Shown here: in pieces, positions 19,252 to 28,998 of the stretch
How positions within the stretch are numbered: the stretch's first letter is position 1
How the letters are laid out: each line of letters begins with the position of its first letter
Assembly (NCBI GenBank): GCA_002310055.1
Contig: DBXS01000034.1
Span: forward strand, 69,153 to 133,152
Length of the DNA stretch: 64,000 nt
Direction of reading: 5' to 3'
Origin: Clostridiales bacterium UBA1206
GTDB lineage: Bacteria > Bacillota > Clostridia > Oscillospirales > CAG-382
Notes under the pieces: model-generated
What the model saw: only the letters and a program-made list of their open reading frames with translations
The model's database searches: none
What the model was told of the DNA's origin: nothing
Translations under genes and position numbers: made by a program

Positions 19252-20505
19252 ATGCTTTTCCGTAACGTTGTCATACTGGATGAAAATTTCAAGCCCCGCG
19301 CCGGAGCGTGCGTAGGAATAAAGGACGGAGTTATTTGCCATATAGGCGGATACGCCGAAGGGTACGGTGAAGAATACGACTGTACCGGACTCCTTATGGC
19401 GCCGGCGTTTTGTTCTGCGCATTCACATAACGCGATGGTACTGCTGCGCGGCGCAGGTACCGACCTTCCTCTGCAGCGCTGGTTGAACGAGGCTATATTC
19501 CCAAAAGAGGCGCAGCTTACAGGCCGGGATATCTATAACGGCACGCTCGCCGCCTGCGCCGAGATGCTCAAATACGGCATCGCATCTTCGAACGATATGT
19601 ATATCGTCTCCGGCAAAGATATGATCCGCGCCTACCGCGACGCCGGGATAAAGGCGAACGTTTCGGTTTCGGTGGTCTGTTTCGATCCTTCGGATCCTTT
19701 TATAAACAGGCCCGAGATACGTATGTACGAAGAGCTGTTTTCCGAAGTCGGCGCAAACGACGGCGATATCCGGGTCGACTGTTCCGTCCACGCCGAATAC
19801 ACCAATACCAAAAACAGCGTGCGCGCAATCGCCGAACTTGCAAACAGACACGGCGCCGGGTTCCACGTGCATATTTCCGAGACAAGGGCAGAACACGCCG
19901 CCTGTATCGAACGCCGCGGGATGACCCCCGTGCGCTTTATGGAAAAATGCGGGGCGTTCGAAAACCGCGTAATCGCCGCTCACTGCGTATACTGTTCCGA
20001 TGACGATTACGCTCTTATGGCGGAAAAAGGCGCGTTTATGGCGTCCTGTCCCACGTCGAATCTAAAACTCGGAAGCGGGATCCCCGATTATTCCAGAAGT
20101 TTCAAAAACGGCGTCACGGTATGCCTCGGCACCGACGGCGTGGCGTCGAACAACAATCTCAATATGCTCAAAGAAGCCAAGCTTATGGCGCTTCTTGCCA
20201 AGGGATACGCGTGCGACCCGACAATATGTACCGCCGCGCAAGCGCTCAAAGCCGCCACCCGCACCGGATGGCTTTCGCAAGGGAGAACCGACAGCGGGCT
20301 CATCAAAGAAGGTATGCGCGCGGACCTCGCGCTGTTCAGGATAGACACCGTCAATACCAAGCCTTCGCCCGACGAAGCCGATACGCTTTTGTATTCCTGC
20401 GACGGCGAGGCGTATATGACGGTGGTAAACGGAAAGATACTTTACAAAGACGGCGAATACTTCACTATAGATACAGAAAAACTGAAATACGAGATAGGAG
20501 AATGA
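19252..20505 (+). CDS. mtaD: amidohydrolase, 5-methylthioadenosine/S-adenosylhomocysteine deaminase-like
   Basis: 417 aa. PAFCSAHSHNAM (HxH metal motif), HVHISET, GTDGVASNNNLNM. Confidence 0.8.
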   Translation: MLFRNVVILDENFKPRAGACVGIKDGVICHIGGYAEGYGEEYDCTGLLMAPAFCSAHSHNAMVLLRGAGTDLPLQRWLNEAIFPKEAQLTGRDIYNGTLAACAEMLKYGIASSNDMYIVSGKDMIRAYRDAGIKANVSVSVVCFDPSDPFINRPEIRMYEELFSEVGANDGDIRVDCSVHAEYTNTKNSVRAIAELANRHGAGFHVHISETRAEHAACIERRGMTPVRFMEKCGAFENRVIAAHCVYCSDDDYALMAEKGAFMASCPTSNLKLGSGIPDYSRSFKNGVTVCLGTDGVASNNNLNMLKEAKLMALLAKGYACDPTICTAAQALKAATRTGWLSQGRTDSGLIKEGMRADLALFRIDTVNTKPSPDEADTLLYSCDGEAYMTVVNGKILYKDGEYFTIDTEKLKYEIGE

Positions 20506-20508
20506 GTT

Positions 20509-21324
20509 ATGTACAAAAAAGCAGCTGAAGTCATCACTTCGTTTGCCGCGCAAAAATTCCCCGGAGTAAAATTCAAGACCGCGCTGGTCCTCGGTTCGGG
20601 GCTCGGCGGTTTTCCTTCGCTTTTCGGCGACGTGCCTTCGCTTTCGTACGCGGATATCGACGGAATGGCGGTATCTACCGCTCCCGGCCATGAAGGGCGC
20701 CTCTATTTTATCAAGATAGGCGATAACGGCGTGCTGTGCTTTTCCGGAAGGACGCACTACTATGAAGGCAAGGGGATCGATAAAGTAGTCTATCCCGTTA
20801 AAGTTATGAAAGCTGCGGGAGTAGATACTTTGTTCATCACCAATGCTTCCGGCGGCATCAATCTTCGCTTCACGGCGGGCGATCTTATGCTCATCACCGA
20901 CCATATCAACTATCTGCCAAATCCGCTCGTCGGCGCAAACGATCCCGAACTGGGGGTGAGATTCCCCGATATGACGCAGGCGTACGATAAGGAACTCGGC
21001 AAGTTAGTAAAAGCCAAAGCGTGCAAAATGGGCGTTTATATGCAAGAAGGCGTGTATATCGGCGTTACGGGACCTTCTTATGAGACGCCGGCTGAAATAC
21101 GCGCGTTCCGCACTCTGGGAGCAGACGCCGTAGGTATGTCCACGGTGCCCGAAGTCATACAGGCGCGACATTGCGGCATTAGGGTGTGCGGAATATCGCT
21201 CATCGCCAACGCCGCCGCCGGCATCACCGGCAACAAGCTCACCGAAGAAGAGGTCATCGAAGCGGGCGTCAAGGCTTACGCGATGTTCGGCGCACTTATG
21301 AAAGACGTACTCGCCGAGATATGA
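20509..21324 (+). CDS. purine nucleoside phosphorylase, trimeric PNP/MTAP family (possible methylthioinosine phosphorylase)
   Basis: 271 aa. GRTHYYEG, TNASGGIN, GVTGPSYETPAEIR, GMSTVPEV. Confidence 0.85.
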   Translation: MYKKAAEVITSFAAQKFPGVKFKTALVLGSGLGGFPSLFGDVPSLSYADIDGMAVSTAPGHEGRLYFIKIGDNGVLCFSGRTHYYEGKGIDKVVYPVKVMKAAGVDTLFITNASGGINLRFTAGDLMLITDHINYLPNPLVGANDPELGVRFPDMTQAYDKELGKLVKAKACKMGVYMQEGVYIGVTGPSYETPAEIRAFRTLGADAVGMSTVPEVIQARHCGIRVCGISLIANAAAGITGNKLTEEEVIEAGVKAYAMFGALMKDVLAEI

Positions 21325-22367
21325 AAGACGTGACAAAAAGTCTGCTTCGGACTCTGTATTTCGATACCAGTACCGACGAACTCGTAATAATAGATCAGAC
21401 GCGGCTTCCGGGCGAACTCGTTTATAAACGCATTTCCGCCCCGCGCGACCTGTATGAATCCATAAAAACGCTCGCTCTTCGCGGCGCGCCGGCTATCGGA
21501 GTCGGCGCCGCGCTGGGGCTTTACGCCTGCGCGTGCAGGTTCGAAGACGTAACGGCCGAAGGGTTTTCGTATTCATTCAAAAAGACCTGCGAATTCATAT
21601 CTTCGTCGCGGCCCACCGCCAGAGATCTGTTTTACGCCTGCGAGCGTATGATCGCCGCCTGCGGCAGGGGAAACACGTTAAAGAAAAAGCTTGCGGAACT
21701 TCGCAAAGAAGCGTTTGATATCGAAAAAGAAAATATCGCCGTTTGCCATTCCATAGGCTCGTTCGGCGAACAACTGCTTTCTGACGGTTGTACGGTCATA
21801 ACGCACTGCAACGCCGGGTCGCTGTGCGCCGTGGAATACGGCACCGCCCTTGCGCCGATATACGAAGCGGTCGCGCGAGGGAAAAACGTGCGAGTTTACG
21901 CGGATGAGACGCGTCCGCTGCTTCAGGGCGCGCGGCTCACATGCTTTGAGCTTTGCAGCGCAGGGATCGACACCACTCTTATCTGCGATAATATGGCGGC
22001 GGGTCTTATGGCGGCGGGCAAAATAGACATAGCTATCGTAGGGTGCGACAGAGTCGCCGCAAACGGCGATTTCGCCAACAAGACAGGCACGCTTTCGCTC
22101 GCCGTGAACTGCGCTCATTTCGGCGTTCCTTTCTACGTCGCGGCGCCTAGCTCGACGGTGGATAAAAGCATCCCCGACGGAAGCGCGATCGTGATCGAGC
22201 ACCGCAAGCCCGAAGAAGTGACCGAGTATTTTTACAAGGAACGTATGTCCCCGGAGGGAGTCAAAGTATACAACCCCGCGTTCGACGTGACGCCCGCGTC
22301 GCTCGTGACCGGTTATATCACCGAAAAAGGCGTTTTTGACAATAAACAGATTTCGGAGTTTATATGA
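21321..22367 (+). CDS. mtnA: S-methyl-5-thioribose-1-phosphate isomerase
   Basis: Internal ATG at 21321 (ATGA overlap with the PNP stop). LVIIDQTRLPGELVY, LALRGAPAIGV, GADRVAANGDFANKTGT-like motif (CDRVAANGDFANKTGT). Confidence 0.88.
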   Translation: MKDVTKSLLRTLYFDTSTDELVIIDQTRLPGELVYKRISAPRDLYESIKTLALRGAPAIGVGAALGLYACACRFEDVTAEGFSYSFKKTCEFISSSRPTARDLFYACERMIAACGRGNTLKKKLAELRKEAFDIEKENIAVCHSIGSFGEQLLSDGCTVITHCNAGSLCAVEYGTALAPIYEAVARGKNVRVYADETRPLLQGARLTCFELCSAGIDTTLICDNMAAGLMAAGKIDIAIVGCDRVAANGDFANKTGTLSLAVNCAHFGVPFYVAAPSSTVDKSIPDGSAIVIEHRKPEEVTEYFYKERMSPEGVKVYNPAFDVTPASLVTGYITEKGVFDNKQISEFI

Positions 22368-23239
22368 AAATTCTCGTTATAGTGAACCTCAGAGCCGGCA
22401 GAGGAAAATCCGCCGAGCATCTCGAAACGATAAGGCGCAAGCTTAAAGAGGGAAACGAATTAAAAGTATACGTCACGCAGAGCAAGGAACAGACTATTTG
22501 CTTCGTGCGCGAAAAATGCCGCGATTTCGATATGATAATCGTAGTCGGCGGCGACGGTACGCTCAACGAAGTGCTCAACGGATATCTTGCGTGCGCGTGC
22601 GGCGTTCCGCTGGGGTATATCCCCGCGGGGTCGACCAACGACTTTGCAAACACATTAAAACTCGAATCCGATCCCGAAAAAGCCTGCGACATTTTCTTGC
22701 GTATGAATACCAGAAGGCTCGACGTCGGCTGCTTGAACGGCACATATTATTCGTACGTCGCGGCGGCGGGAGCATTTTCTGCTACTTCGTACAACACGCC
22801 GGCGAAGCTCAAGAACAAGATCGGGCATATGGCGTACATACTCGGCGGATTGACGTCGATACCGACTATCAAGCCACAGCATATGAGAATAACCATCGAC
22901 GGCGAAGTATACGAAGACGATTATCTCATCGTCGCGGTGTCGAATTCAACCAGCGTGGGCGGCGTTTTCACCTATGAAGAGGCAATGGTCACGCTCGACG
23001 ACGGTATGTTCGAAGTCGCTTTGCTCAAAAGCCCCGAGCAGCTGAACGAGATAGGTTCGGTGCTCAAAGAAGTGTTCAGCCACGAATACGCGGGCGATTA
23101 TTTCACGGTGATTTCCGGTTCTCACGTTACGATCGAATCGCCAAAACCCGTTTCGTGGTCGCTCGACGGCGAATACGGCGGCGAATACTACGTCACCGAA
23201 ATCGAAAATCATCACGGCGCGCTGAATTTGCTCGTTTGA
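22364..23239 (+). CDS. YegS/DagK-family lipid kinase
   Basis: 291 aa. IVVGGDGTLNEV and GYIPAGSTNDFA motifs. ATGA overlap with mtnA. Confidence 0.85.
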   Translation: MKILVIVNLRAGRGKSAEHLETIRRKLKEGNELKVYVTQSKEQTICFVREKCRDFDMIIVVGGDGTLNEVLNGYLACACGVPLGYIPAGSTNDFANTLKLESDPEKACDIFLRMNTRRLDVGCLNGTYYSYVAAAGAFSATSYNTPAKLKNKIGHMAYILGGLTSIPTIKPQHMRITIDGEVYEDDYLIVAVSNSTSVGGVFTYEEAMVTLDDGMFEVALLKSPEQLNEIGSVLKEVFSHEYAGDYFTVISGSHVTIESPKPVSWSLDGEYGGEYYVTEIENHHGALNLLV

Positions 23240-23259
23240 ACGCCGGCACAAAAAAGTTG

Positions 23260-23287
23260 TTGACTTTTCGGCAAAAATATGTATAAT
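23260..23287 (+). promoter_or_regulatory. sigma-A-type promoter for secDF (TTGACT-16-TGtTATAAT)
   Basis: ttgacttttcggcaaaaatatgTATAAT. Confidence 0.5.
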
Positions 23288-23352
23288 AGATTTGTTATGT
23301 AAAAATGTGCGGACGTATACCTTTTTGATCGTCCGTTTTGGAGGTACAACTA

Positions 23353-24654
23353 ATGAATTACTCCCGTGCAGTGGGCGTTGCCCGCTTTGTATTGGTGATA
23401 CTCGTCATCGCCTTGGTAATGGCCCTGGCTGTGTTCGGTTTCAAGCCGTGGGGCTTGGGCGGAGTCTTTGAAGAAGGCACAGTCACTCTTGGGCTCGATC
23501 TGCAGGGCGGTTCGGTGATCACTTACCGCGCAGTTCCTGCGGAAGGTGAATCGATCAGCTCTTCCGGCATGGCTTCCATTAGCAACGTAATGCGTACGCG
23601 TCTCGACGCCGCCGGACTCCTCGAAGCCACCACTTATCTCGTGGGAGACGATATGATCGCCATCGAGATCCCCGGCGACTCCGATCCTACTTCTTCCGTC
23701 GAGAAATTCGGCGCCACCGGCGTCCTCACTTTCAGAATGTGGGACGACGATTCCGAAGGCTACGACAAAGTAGTCCTCAACGGCGACGACGTCACCAGTG
23801 CTTTCGCAAAGACTTCCAGCGACACCGGAATTTTCGTCGAACTCAACTTCACGGCCGACGGCGCAAGAAAATTTGCGGATATAACCGAGCAGGTAGCAGC
23901 GCTTTCAGCCTCGGGTCACAATTATCTTGCGATTTATATGGACGAAAACTCCATTTCCATCCCGCGCGTTACCGAAAAGATCGAGAGCGAGACCTGCATC
24001 ATAACTCACGAAGGCGGTTTCGAAAGCAGTGAAGCCAACTATCTCGCCAACGTTATAAACGCCGGTTCGCTCAAGTATAACCTCGAAGTAGCGTCCACAC
24101 GTTCCGTTGGTCCTACGCTCGGCGAAAAATCGCTTTCTACTTCGCTCCGCGCCGGCGCTATCGGTATACTTCTCGTCATAGTGTTTATGATCTGCGTTTA
24201 CCGTATCCCCGGTCTTATGGCGTCTATAGCTCTTGTCGCTTACACCGCTATCTTTATGCTGGTGCTCGCTTTGCTCCATACCAACCTTACGCTGCCGGGC
24301 ATCGCCGGTATCGTGCTTTCCATCGGTATGGCGGTCGACGCGAACTGTATCATATTCGAACGTATGAAAGAAGAGATCCGCGCGGGCAAATCCGCTAAAG
24401 CCGCGATCAAAGAAGGCTTCAGCAAAGCGTTTTCCGCGATTCTCGACTCCAACGTGACCACGTTTATCGCCGCCGCTGTGCTTTATATGCTCGGCTCCGG
24501 TACTATCAGGGGCTTCGCCGTTACGCTCGGTCTGGGCGTCGTGATCTCCTTCTTCACCGCGTTGGTGATAACGCGCGTGCTTCTTTACCTCGGCTGCGCA
24601 ATGGGGCTTACCAATATCAAGCTCTACGGCGTTTCGGAAAGGAGTGCTGAATAA
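23353..24654 (+). CDS. secD: protein translocase subunit SecD
   Basis: ATG at 23353 after GGAGG. LGLDLQGG motif and C-terminal RND-like TM bundle. Confidence 0.93.
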   Translation: MNYSRAVGVARFVLVILVIALVMALAVFGFKPWGLGGVFEEGTVTLGLDLQGGSVITYRAVPAEGESISSSGMASISNVMRTRLDAAGLLEATTYLVGDDMIAIEIPGDSDPTSSVEKFGATGVLTFRMWDDDSEGYDKVVLNGDDVTSAFAKTSSDTGIFVELNFTADGARKFADITEQVAALSASGHNYLAIYMDENSISIPRVTEKIESETCIITHEGGFESSEANYLANVINAGSLKYNLEVASTRSVGPTLGEKSLSTSLRAGAIGILLVIVFMICVYRIPGLMASIALVAYTAIFMLVLALLHTNLTLPGIAGIVLSIGMAVDANCIIFERMKEEIRAGKSAKAAIKEGFSKAFSAILDSNVTTFIAAAVLYMLGSGTIRGFAVTLGLGVVISFFTALVITRVLLYLGCAMGLTNIKLYGVSERSAE

Positions 24655-25607
24655 TGAAATTCTTTAGACAATTCGACGTTATCAAAAACTCCCGTATCAT
24701 CCTCATCGTTTCGTGCGTGCTCGTACTCCTCGGTATCGTTTCCATGATCGTCCTCGGTTTCAATATCGATATCGACTTTTCCGGCGGTACCGAAGTTCAG
24801 ATCGATATCGGCAGAGAAGTCACCGCACAGGACTGCGACGACATCAACGGTATTGTCGAACGCCTCTTCGGCAAACAGTACGTTTCTTCCACGACCAAAG
24901 ACTTGAATAACACTTCGCTTGCGATCATCCGTACCGGCACCGCTGAGCTCACCAACGAACAGCAGGAACAGCTGCTCAACGAACTCGACACGACTTACGG
25001 CATCGACCATACCGAAAGCAAGAACTTCCAGATCAACTATATATCCGCCACCGTGGGCAAACGCCTTACCAGAACGGCGATCCTTTCTGTCATTATAGCC
25101 GTCGCCTGCATGCTCGTGTATATATCGTTCCGCTTCCATTCGGTCGATTCCGCGCTCGCCGCTATCTTCTGCCTGGTGTTCAACTCTTTCATAATGATGG
25201 CTGTCTACTCCATATTCCAGATCCCCGTGGACTCCAACATCATAGCGGCACTGCTCACCATACTCGGTTATTCTATCAACGCGACCATCGTTATCTTCGA
25301 CCGTATCCGCGAGGATAAAAAGCGCTACGGCGAATCAAAGACTTTCGCCGAGATCGTCGCTCTCGGTACTTCCGAGACTATGGGACGTTCGATCAACACC
25401 ACGATCACGACCTTGCTCACCATCCTTATGATCTATATCTTCGGCGTCGAATCCATCCGCGATTTCGCTCTGCCGCTGATCATAGGCATAATCGCCGGTC
25501 TGTTCTCCTCGGTTTGCCTTTCCGGCTACGTCTGGCTCAAACTCGACCAGTTCTTCGGCAAGTTCAAATCCAAGTCTGCTTCCAAGAAGACCGCAAAAGC
25601 AAAATAA
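24654..25607 (+). CDS. secF: protein translocase subunit SecF
   Basis: 317 aa. IDFSGGTEV motif and six TM segments. Its start overlaps the secD stop. Confidence 0.93.
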   Translation: MKFFRQFDVIKNSRIILIVSCVLVLLGIVSMIVLGFNIDIDFSGGTEVQIDIGREVTAQDCDDINGIVERLFGKQYVSSTTKDLNNTSLAIIRTGTAELTNEQQEQLLNELDTTYGIDHTESKNFQINYISATVGKRLTRTAILSVIIAVACMLVYISFRFHSVDSALAAIFCLVFNSFIMMAVYSIFQIPVDSNIIAALLTILGYSINATIVIFDRIREDKKRYGESKTFAEIVALGTSETMGRSINTTITTLLTILMIYIFGVESIRDFALPLIIGIIAGLFSSVCLSGYVWLKLDQFFGKFKSKSASKKTAKAK

Positions 25608-25625
25608 TTGCAAAATAACTAAACA

Positions 25626-25657
25626 AGACCTCCGCAAAACGCGGAGGTCTTATTTTA
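25626..25657 (+). terminator. rho-independent terminator after secF
   Basis: Stem agacctccgc/gcggaggtct followed by tatttta. Confidence 0.75.
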
Positions 25658-25659
25658 CA

Positions 25660-25708
25660 AAAAACACCGGCTGAAAGAAGCGATATCCTTTTCAGCCGGT
25701 ATTTTTTA
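25660..25708. terminator. bidirectional terminator hairpin
   Basis: Stem accggctgaaa/tttcagccggt, flanked by an A-run upstream and a T-run downstream. It serves the minus-strand gene ending at 25718. Confidence 0.65.
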
Positions 25709-25717
25709 TCTTTCAGA

Positions 25718-26683
25718 TTATGCCCAGTACATTCCGCCGGGACGCTCTTCTATGCGGCATTCCTTAAGGAACGCCACAGCCTTTGCTAACCCTTCATAGG
25801 TCGTCATAAGCGAATCCTCGTGCTCTATGGAAAGCACGTCGTCGTAGCCGACCATGCGCAGATTTGAAACGAAATCCTTCCAGTACTGGTAGCCGTTGCC
25901 GTAGCCCACGGTACGGAATATCCACGAACGGTGTATCTCGTCGGAATAGTGTTTGGTGTCGAGCACGCCGTTGATACCGGTATTGATAGCGTCGACCTTG
26001 GTATCTTTGGCATGTACGTGATAGATCGCTTTTCCCAGATATCTTATCGCCGCGACGGGATCGACCTGCTGCCATATAAGATGCGAGGGGTCGAAGTTGG
26101 CACCGATGATCTCGCCGACTTCGTTACGGAGCTTCATAAGCGTTTCGGGATTATAAACGCAGAAACCGGGATGCATTTCGAAAGCGATCTTTTCTATGCC
26201 GTGCTTGGCGCAGAATTCGGCTTCTTTTTTCCAGTAGGGGACGAGCACTTCTTTCCATTGCCAGTCGAGTATGGCGAGGAAATCTTCGGGCCAGGGGCAG
26301 GTCACCCAGTTGGGATATTTACTGTCCTTACAGTCGCCGGGGCAGCCGGAAAAGCCGATTATCTTCTTTATGCCGAGCTTTTCGGCAAGAAGGACGGCGT
26401 TTTCGAAATCGGTGTGGAACTTGTTTGCGATCTCTTTGTTCGGGTGCAGGGGGTTGCCGTGGCACGAAAGGCAGTTGAGTTCGATCCCGTATTTGTCGAA
26501 CGCTTTTCTGAACTCGGTGATCTTGTTTTCGTCTGCAAGCAGCTTTGCGGGGTCGCAGTGCGCTTTTCCGGGATATCCGCCTGCACCGATCTCCGCGGCT
26601 TCTATGCCTGCGTTTTTAAAATATTCAAGAGCTTTGTCAAGTGGTCTGTCGCCGAGCAAAACGGCGCATACGCCTATTTTCAC
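25718..26683 (-). CDS. sugar phosphate isomerase/epimerase (xylose-isomerase-like TIM barrel)
   Basis: 321 aa. Overall resemblance to AP-endonuclease-2/xylose-isomerase-like TIM barrel proteins (IEHEDS near the C-terminus). Confidence 0.7.
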   Translation of the reverse strand: MKIGVCAVLLGDRPLDKALEYFKNAGIEAAEIGAGGYPGKAHCDPAKLLADENKITEFRKAFDKYGIELNCLSCHGNPLHPNKEIANKFHTDFENAVLLAEKLGIKKIIGFSGCPGDCKDSKYPNWVTCPWPEDFLAILDWQWKEVLVPYWKKEAEFCAKHGIEKIAFEMHPGFCVYNPETLMKLRNEVGEIIGANFDPSHLIWQQVDPVAAIRYLGKAIYHVHAKDTKVDAINTGINGVLDTKHYSDEIHRSWIFRTVGYGNGYQYWKDFVSNLRMVGYDDVLSIEHEDSLMTTYEGLAKAVAFLKECRIEERPGGMYWA

Positions 26684-26686
26684 GGT

Positions 26687-27790
26687 TTATTCCTCCTCGT
26701 CAAAGTAATAGGGCTTGCCGGTCTTTGCGGAAGTATAAATGCCGTCGAGTATGCGCGATACGCAGTACGCCTGTTCCGCGGTGCAGAACGGGGTCTTGTC
26801 GTTGATAACCGCTTCGATCCAAAGCCTTGCTTCGTGGTGGGAAGCGTCCTCGTTGCCGTTGGCGTCATAGAAATCCGCGCCGCCCGCGTTGAGGTTGGGT
26901 TTCATTACGTACTGTCTGCCGTTGAGCACGCCGTTGAAACGGAGACCGTCGTTCATATCGAGACCGCCGTCGGTACCGCAGAGAGTGGTGACTGCTTCAC
27001 GCGAGTCGAGTATGTTGAGCGCCCACGAGGATTCGAGTATAACAGTCGCGCCGTTTTCCATCACTATAAAGCCGAACGCGGCGTCTTCAACGGTGAATTC
27101 TTCTTTTTTCCATTCGCCCCAGGCGTTGCCGGTGGGGAACTTGTCGCCCAGTTTCTTGAACGTGGTGCCTACGCAGTATTTGGGTTTGTAGTTATCCATA
27201 CACCAGAGCGTAAGGTCGAGCGCGTGCGTGCCTATATCTATGAGCGGACCGCCGCCCTGTTCGTATTCGTTGAGGAACACGCCCCAGGTGGGAACGGCTC
27301 TGCGGCGGATAGCCGTGGCTTTTGCAAAGTAGATTTCGCCGAGCGTGCCTTTTTCGCATTCGGTCTTGGCAAAGAGCGAATCGGGCCTATGGCGGTTCTG
27401 ATAGCCTATGGTGAGCTTTTTGCCGGTGCGTTTTGCGGCGTCGACCATTTTTTTGGCTTCCGCGGCGTTGATAGCCATAGGCTTTTCGCACATAACGTGC
27501 TTGCCGGCTTCGAGCGCGTCGACAGTGATGAACGAATGGCTCCTGTTGGGAGTGCAGACGTGTATTACTTCTATGGATTTGTCTTTGAGGAGTTCCTTAT
27601 AGTCTTTATAAACTTTGGCGTCGGGCGTGCCGTAGCGCTTTGCGGCGGCTTCGGCTTTTTCCACGATAATATCGCAGAAAGCGACAATTTCTACGTTAGG
27701 GAGCGAATGCAGAGAAGGAAGGTGCTTCTGGTTTGCGATACCACCGCAGCCGATGATACCGATGCGAACTTTTCTTTCGGGCATGGTCAA
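26687..27790 (-). CDS. Gfo/Idh/MocA-family NAD(P)-dependent oxidoreductase
   Basis: VRIGIIGCGGIANQKHLPSL Rossmann N-terminus and the EKPMA motif. Confidence 0.88.
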   Translation of the reverse strand: MTMPERKVRIGIIGCGGIANQKHLPSLHSLPNVEIVAFCDIIVEKAEAAAKRYGTPDAKVYKDYKELLKDKSIEVIHVCTPNRSHSFITVDALEAGKHVMCEKPMAINAAEAKKMVDAAKRTGKKLTIGYQNRHRPDSLFAKTECEKGTLGEIYFAKATAIRRRAVPTWGVFLNEYEQGGGPLIDIGTHALDLTLWCMDNYKPKYCVGTTFKKLGDKFPTGNAWGEWKKEEFTVEDAAFGFIVMENGATVILESSWALNILDSREAVTTLCGTDGGLDMNDGLRFNGVLNGRQYVMKPNLNAGGADFYDANGNEDASHHEARLWIEAVINDKTPFCTAEQAYCVSRILDGIYTSAKTGKPYYFDEEE

Positions 27791-27845
27791 ATCTCCTTTA
27801 TTTTGGTTTATATAAATTATATCACTATTCGCAAAAATGTCAATA

Positions 27846-27879
27846 CAAAAAGAACATCCCGCACAAAAATGTGCGGGAT
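27846..27879 (-). terminator. rho-independent terminator after the yccF-like gene
   Basis: The minus strand reads atcccgcacatttttgtgcgggat followed by gttcttttt. Confidence 0.7.
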
Positions 27880-27889
27880 AGAATGCGTT

Positions 27890-28246
27890 TTATCTGATCT
27901 TCGCTCCGAACGGGCAAAGGGCGAGCAGAGCGAGTTTTAAGCATTGCAGACCGAACGGGATCCCTATAATGGAAATGAAGAATATGAACGCCGCCACGCA
28001 GTAGATTATGGCGAGCCACCAGCCGACAAAGAACAGCCATAACAGGTTCATAATGGGGTGCGACCCGAAATCCGGATCCACGTCCGAGCCGAAAGGCAGG
28101 AACGTGAGACGTGCGAATTTCAGGCATTGTATCCCAAACGGGATCCCTATGATAGTCAAGCAGAGCAGCAGGCCGGATATCAGCCATATCAGCGCGGGGA
28201 TGAAGCCGACAAGTAAGATCCAGAAAATATTGCCGATAATACTCAT
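27890..28246 (-). CDS. YccF-domain inner membrane protein
   Basis: 118 aa with an internal duplication of the IIGIPFG(I/L)QC(L)K(F/L)A motif. Confidence 0.85.
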   Translation of the reverse strand: MSIIGNIFWILLVGFIPALIWLISGLLLCLTIIGIPFGIQCLKFARLTFLPFGSDVDPDFGSHPIMNLLWLFFVGWWLAIIYCVAAFIFFISIIGIPFGLQCLKLALLALCPFGAKIR

Positions 28247-28255
28247 ATAAACACC

Positions 28256-28969
28256 TTAAAGTTCAAGTTCTGCGAGATAAGGACGGTGGTCGGAAGCGAC
28301 TATCTCGGGTATATCCGCGGATATGATATTGAAATCTTCCGAAACGAATATGTAATCGATCTTCTGCGTAGGCGCGTCGGAAGGGAAGCTGAGCTTGGGC
28401 GAATCGAAAACGTCGGCGGTATCCGCCATCGAGATCCTTATCGGATCGAGTATGGGACTTTCGGGCGTGAGATTGAAATCGCCCATAAGTATCTTGGGCG
28501 TGCTTGTCCCGGCAAGCGCCTCGACGACCGACGCCGAAGCGTTTTCCGCTTCGGGCGGCTTGAGACCGAAGTGCGTAACGAACACCGTCACCGGCCTTCC
28601 GATATCGAGAACGGCTCTGAGTATGCAGCGCGGTTCGCAGTAATAGCCCGTGTCCGGCACGGGGATGAGGATGGTTTTAACGTCCAGTATAGGGTATTTT
28701 GAAAGCAGCGCATTGCCGTAAGGGCCGCCATGCGGCACGGTGAACGCGGGAGCAAAGGCGTAAAACATCTCGGTGCGCGCGGCAAGCTCCGGCGCCTGAT
28801 CGGTGTATTTGGGGTTTTCGCCTTTTCCGCGCACTTCCTGCAGACCGACTATGTCCGGGTCGTACTTGCGTATGGCGTTTGCCGTAACGTCAAAGTCTAT
28901 GCGGTCTTCAAGCGGGAAATTATAGTTGCGGCAATGCTGGATGTTGAACGACATTATTTTTATTCGCAT
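28256..28969 (-). CDS. endonuclease/exonuclease/phosphatase (EEP) family protein
   Basis: 237 aa. IMSFNIQH..., GLQEV, GDFN, SDHRP motifs. Confidence 0.85.
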   Translation of the reverse strand: MRIKIMSFNIQHCRNYNFPLEDRIDFDVTANAIRKYDPDIVGLQEVRGKGENPKYTDQAPELAARTEMFYAFAPAFTVPHGGPYGNALLSKYPILDVKTILIPVPDTGYYCEPRCILRAVLDIGRPVTVFVTHFGLKPPEAENASASVVEALAGTSTPKILMGDFNLTPESPILDPIRISMADTADVFDSPKLSFPSDAPTQKIDYIFVSEDFNIISADIPEIVASDHRPYLAELEL

Positions 28970-28998
28970 ATGTAACTCCTGTGGTGAAAAAGACGGCG

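Noticed and set aside
21186-21320. Long N-terminal extensions offered by the ORF track: 21186 (mtnA), 44310-44519 (aroE-aroK), 32676-32933 (pilD), 54945-55100 (beta-helix 2), 2417-2509 (holA) and 9106-9138 (rpsB).
   Set aside because: The extensions are Arg-rich out-of-context sequence overlapping the upstream gene. Internal ATGs coincide with the family N-termini and with ATGA overlaps or good RBSs.
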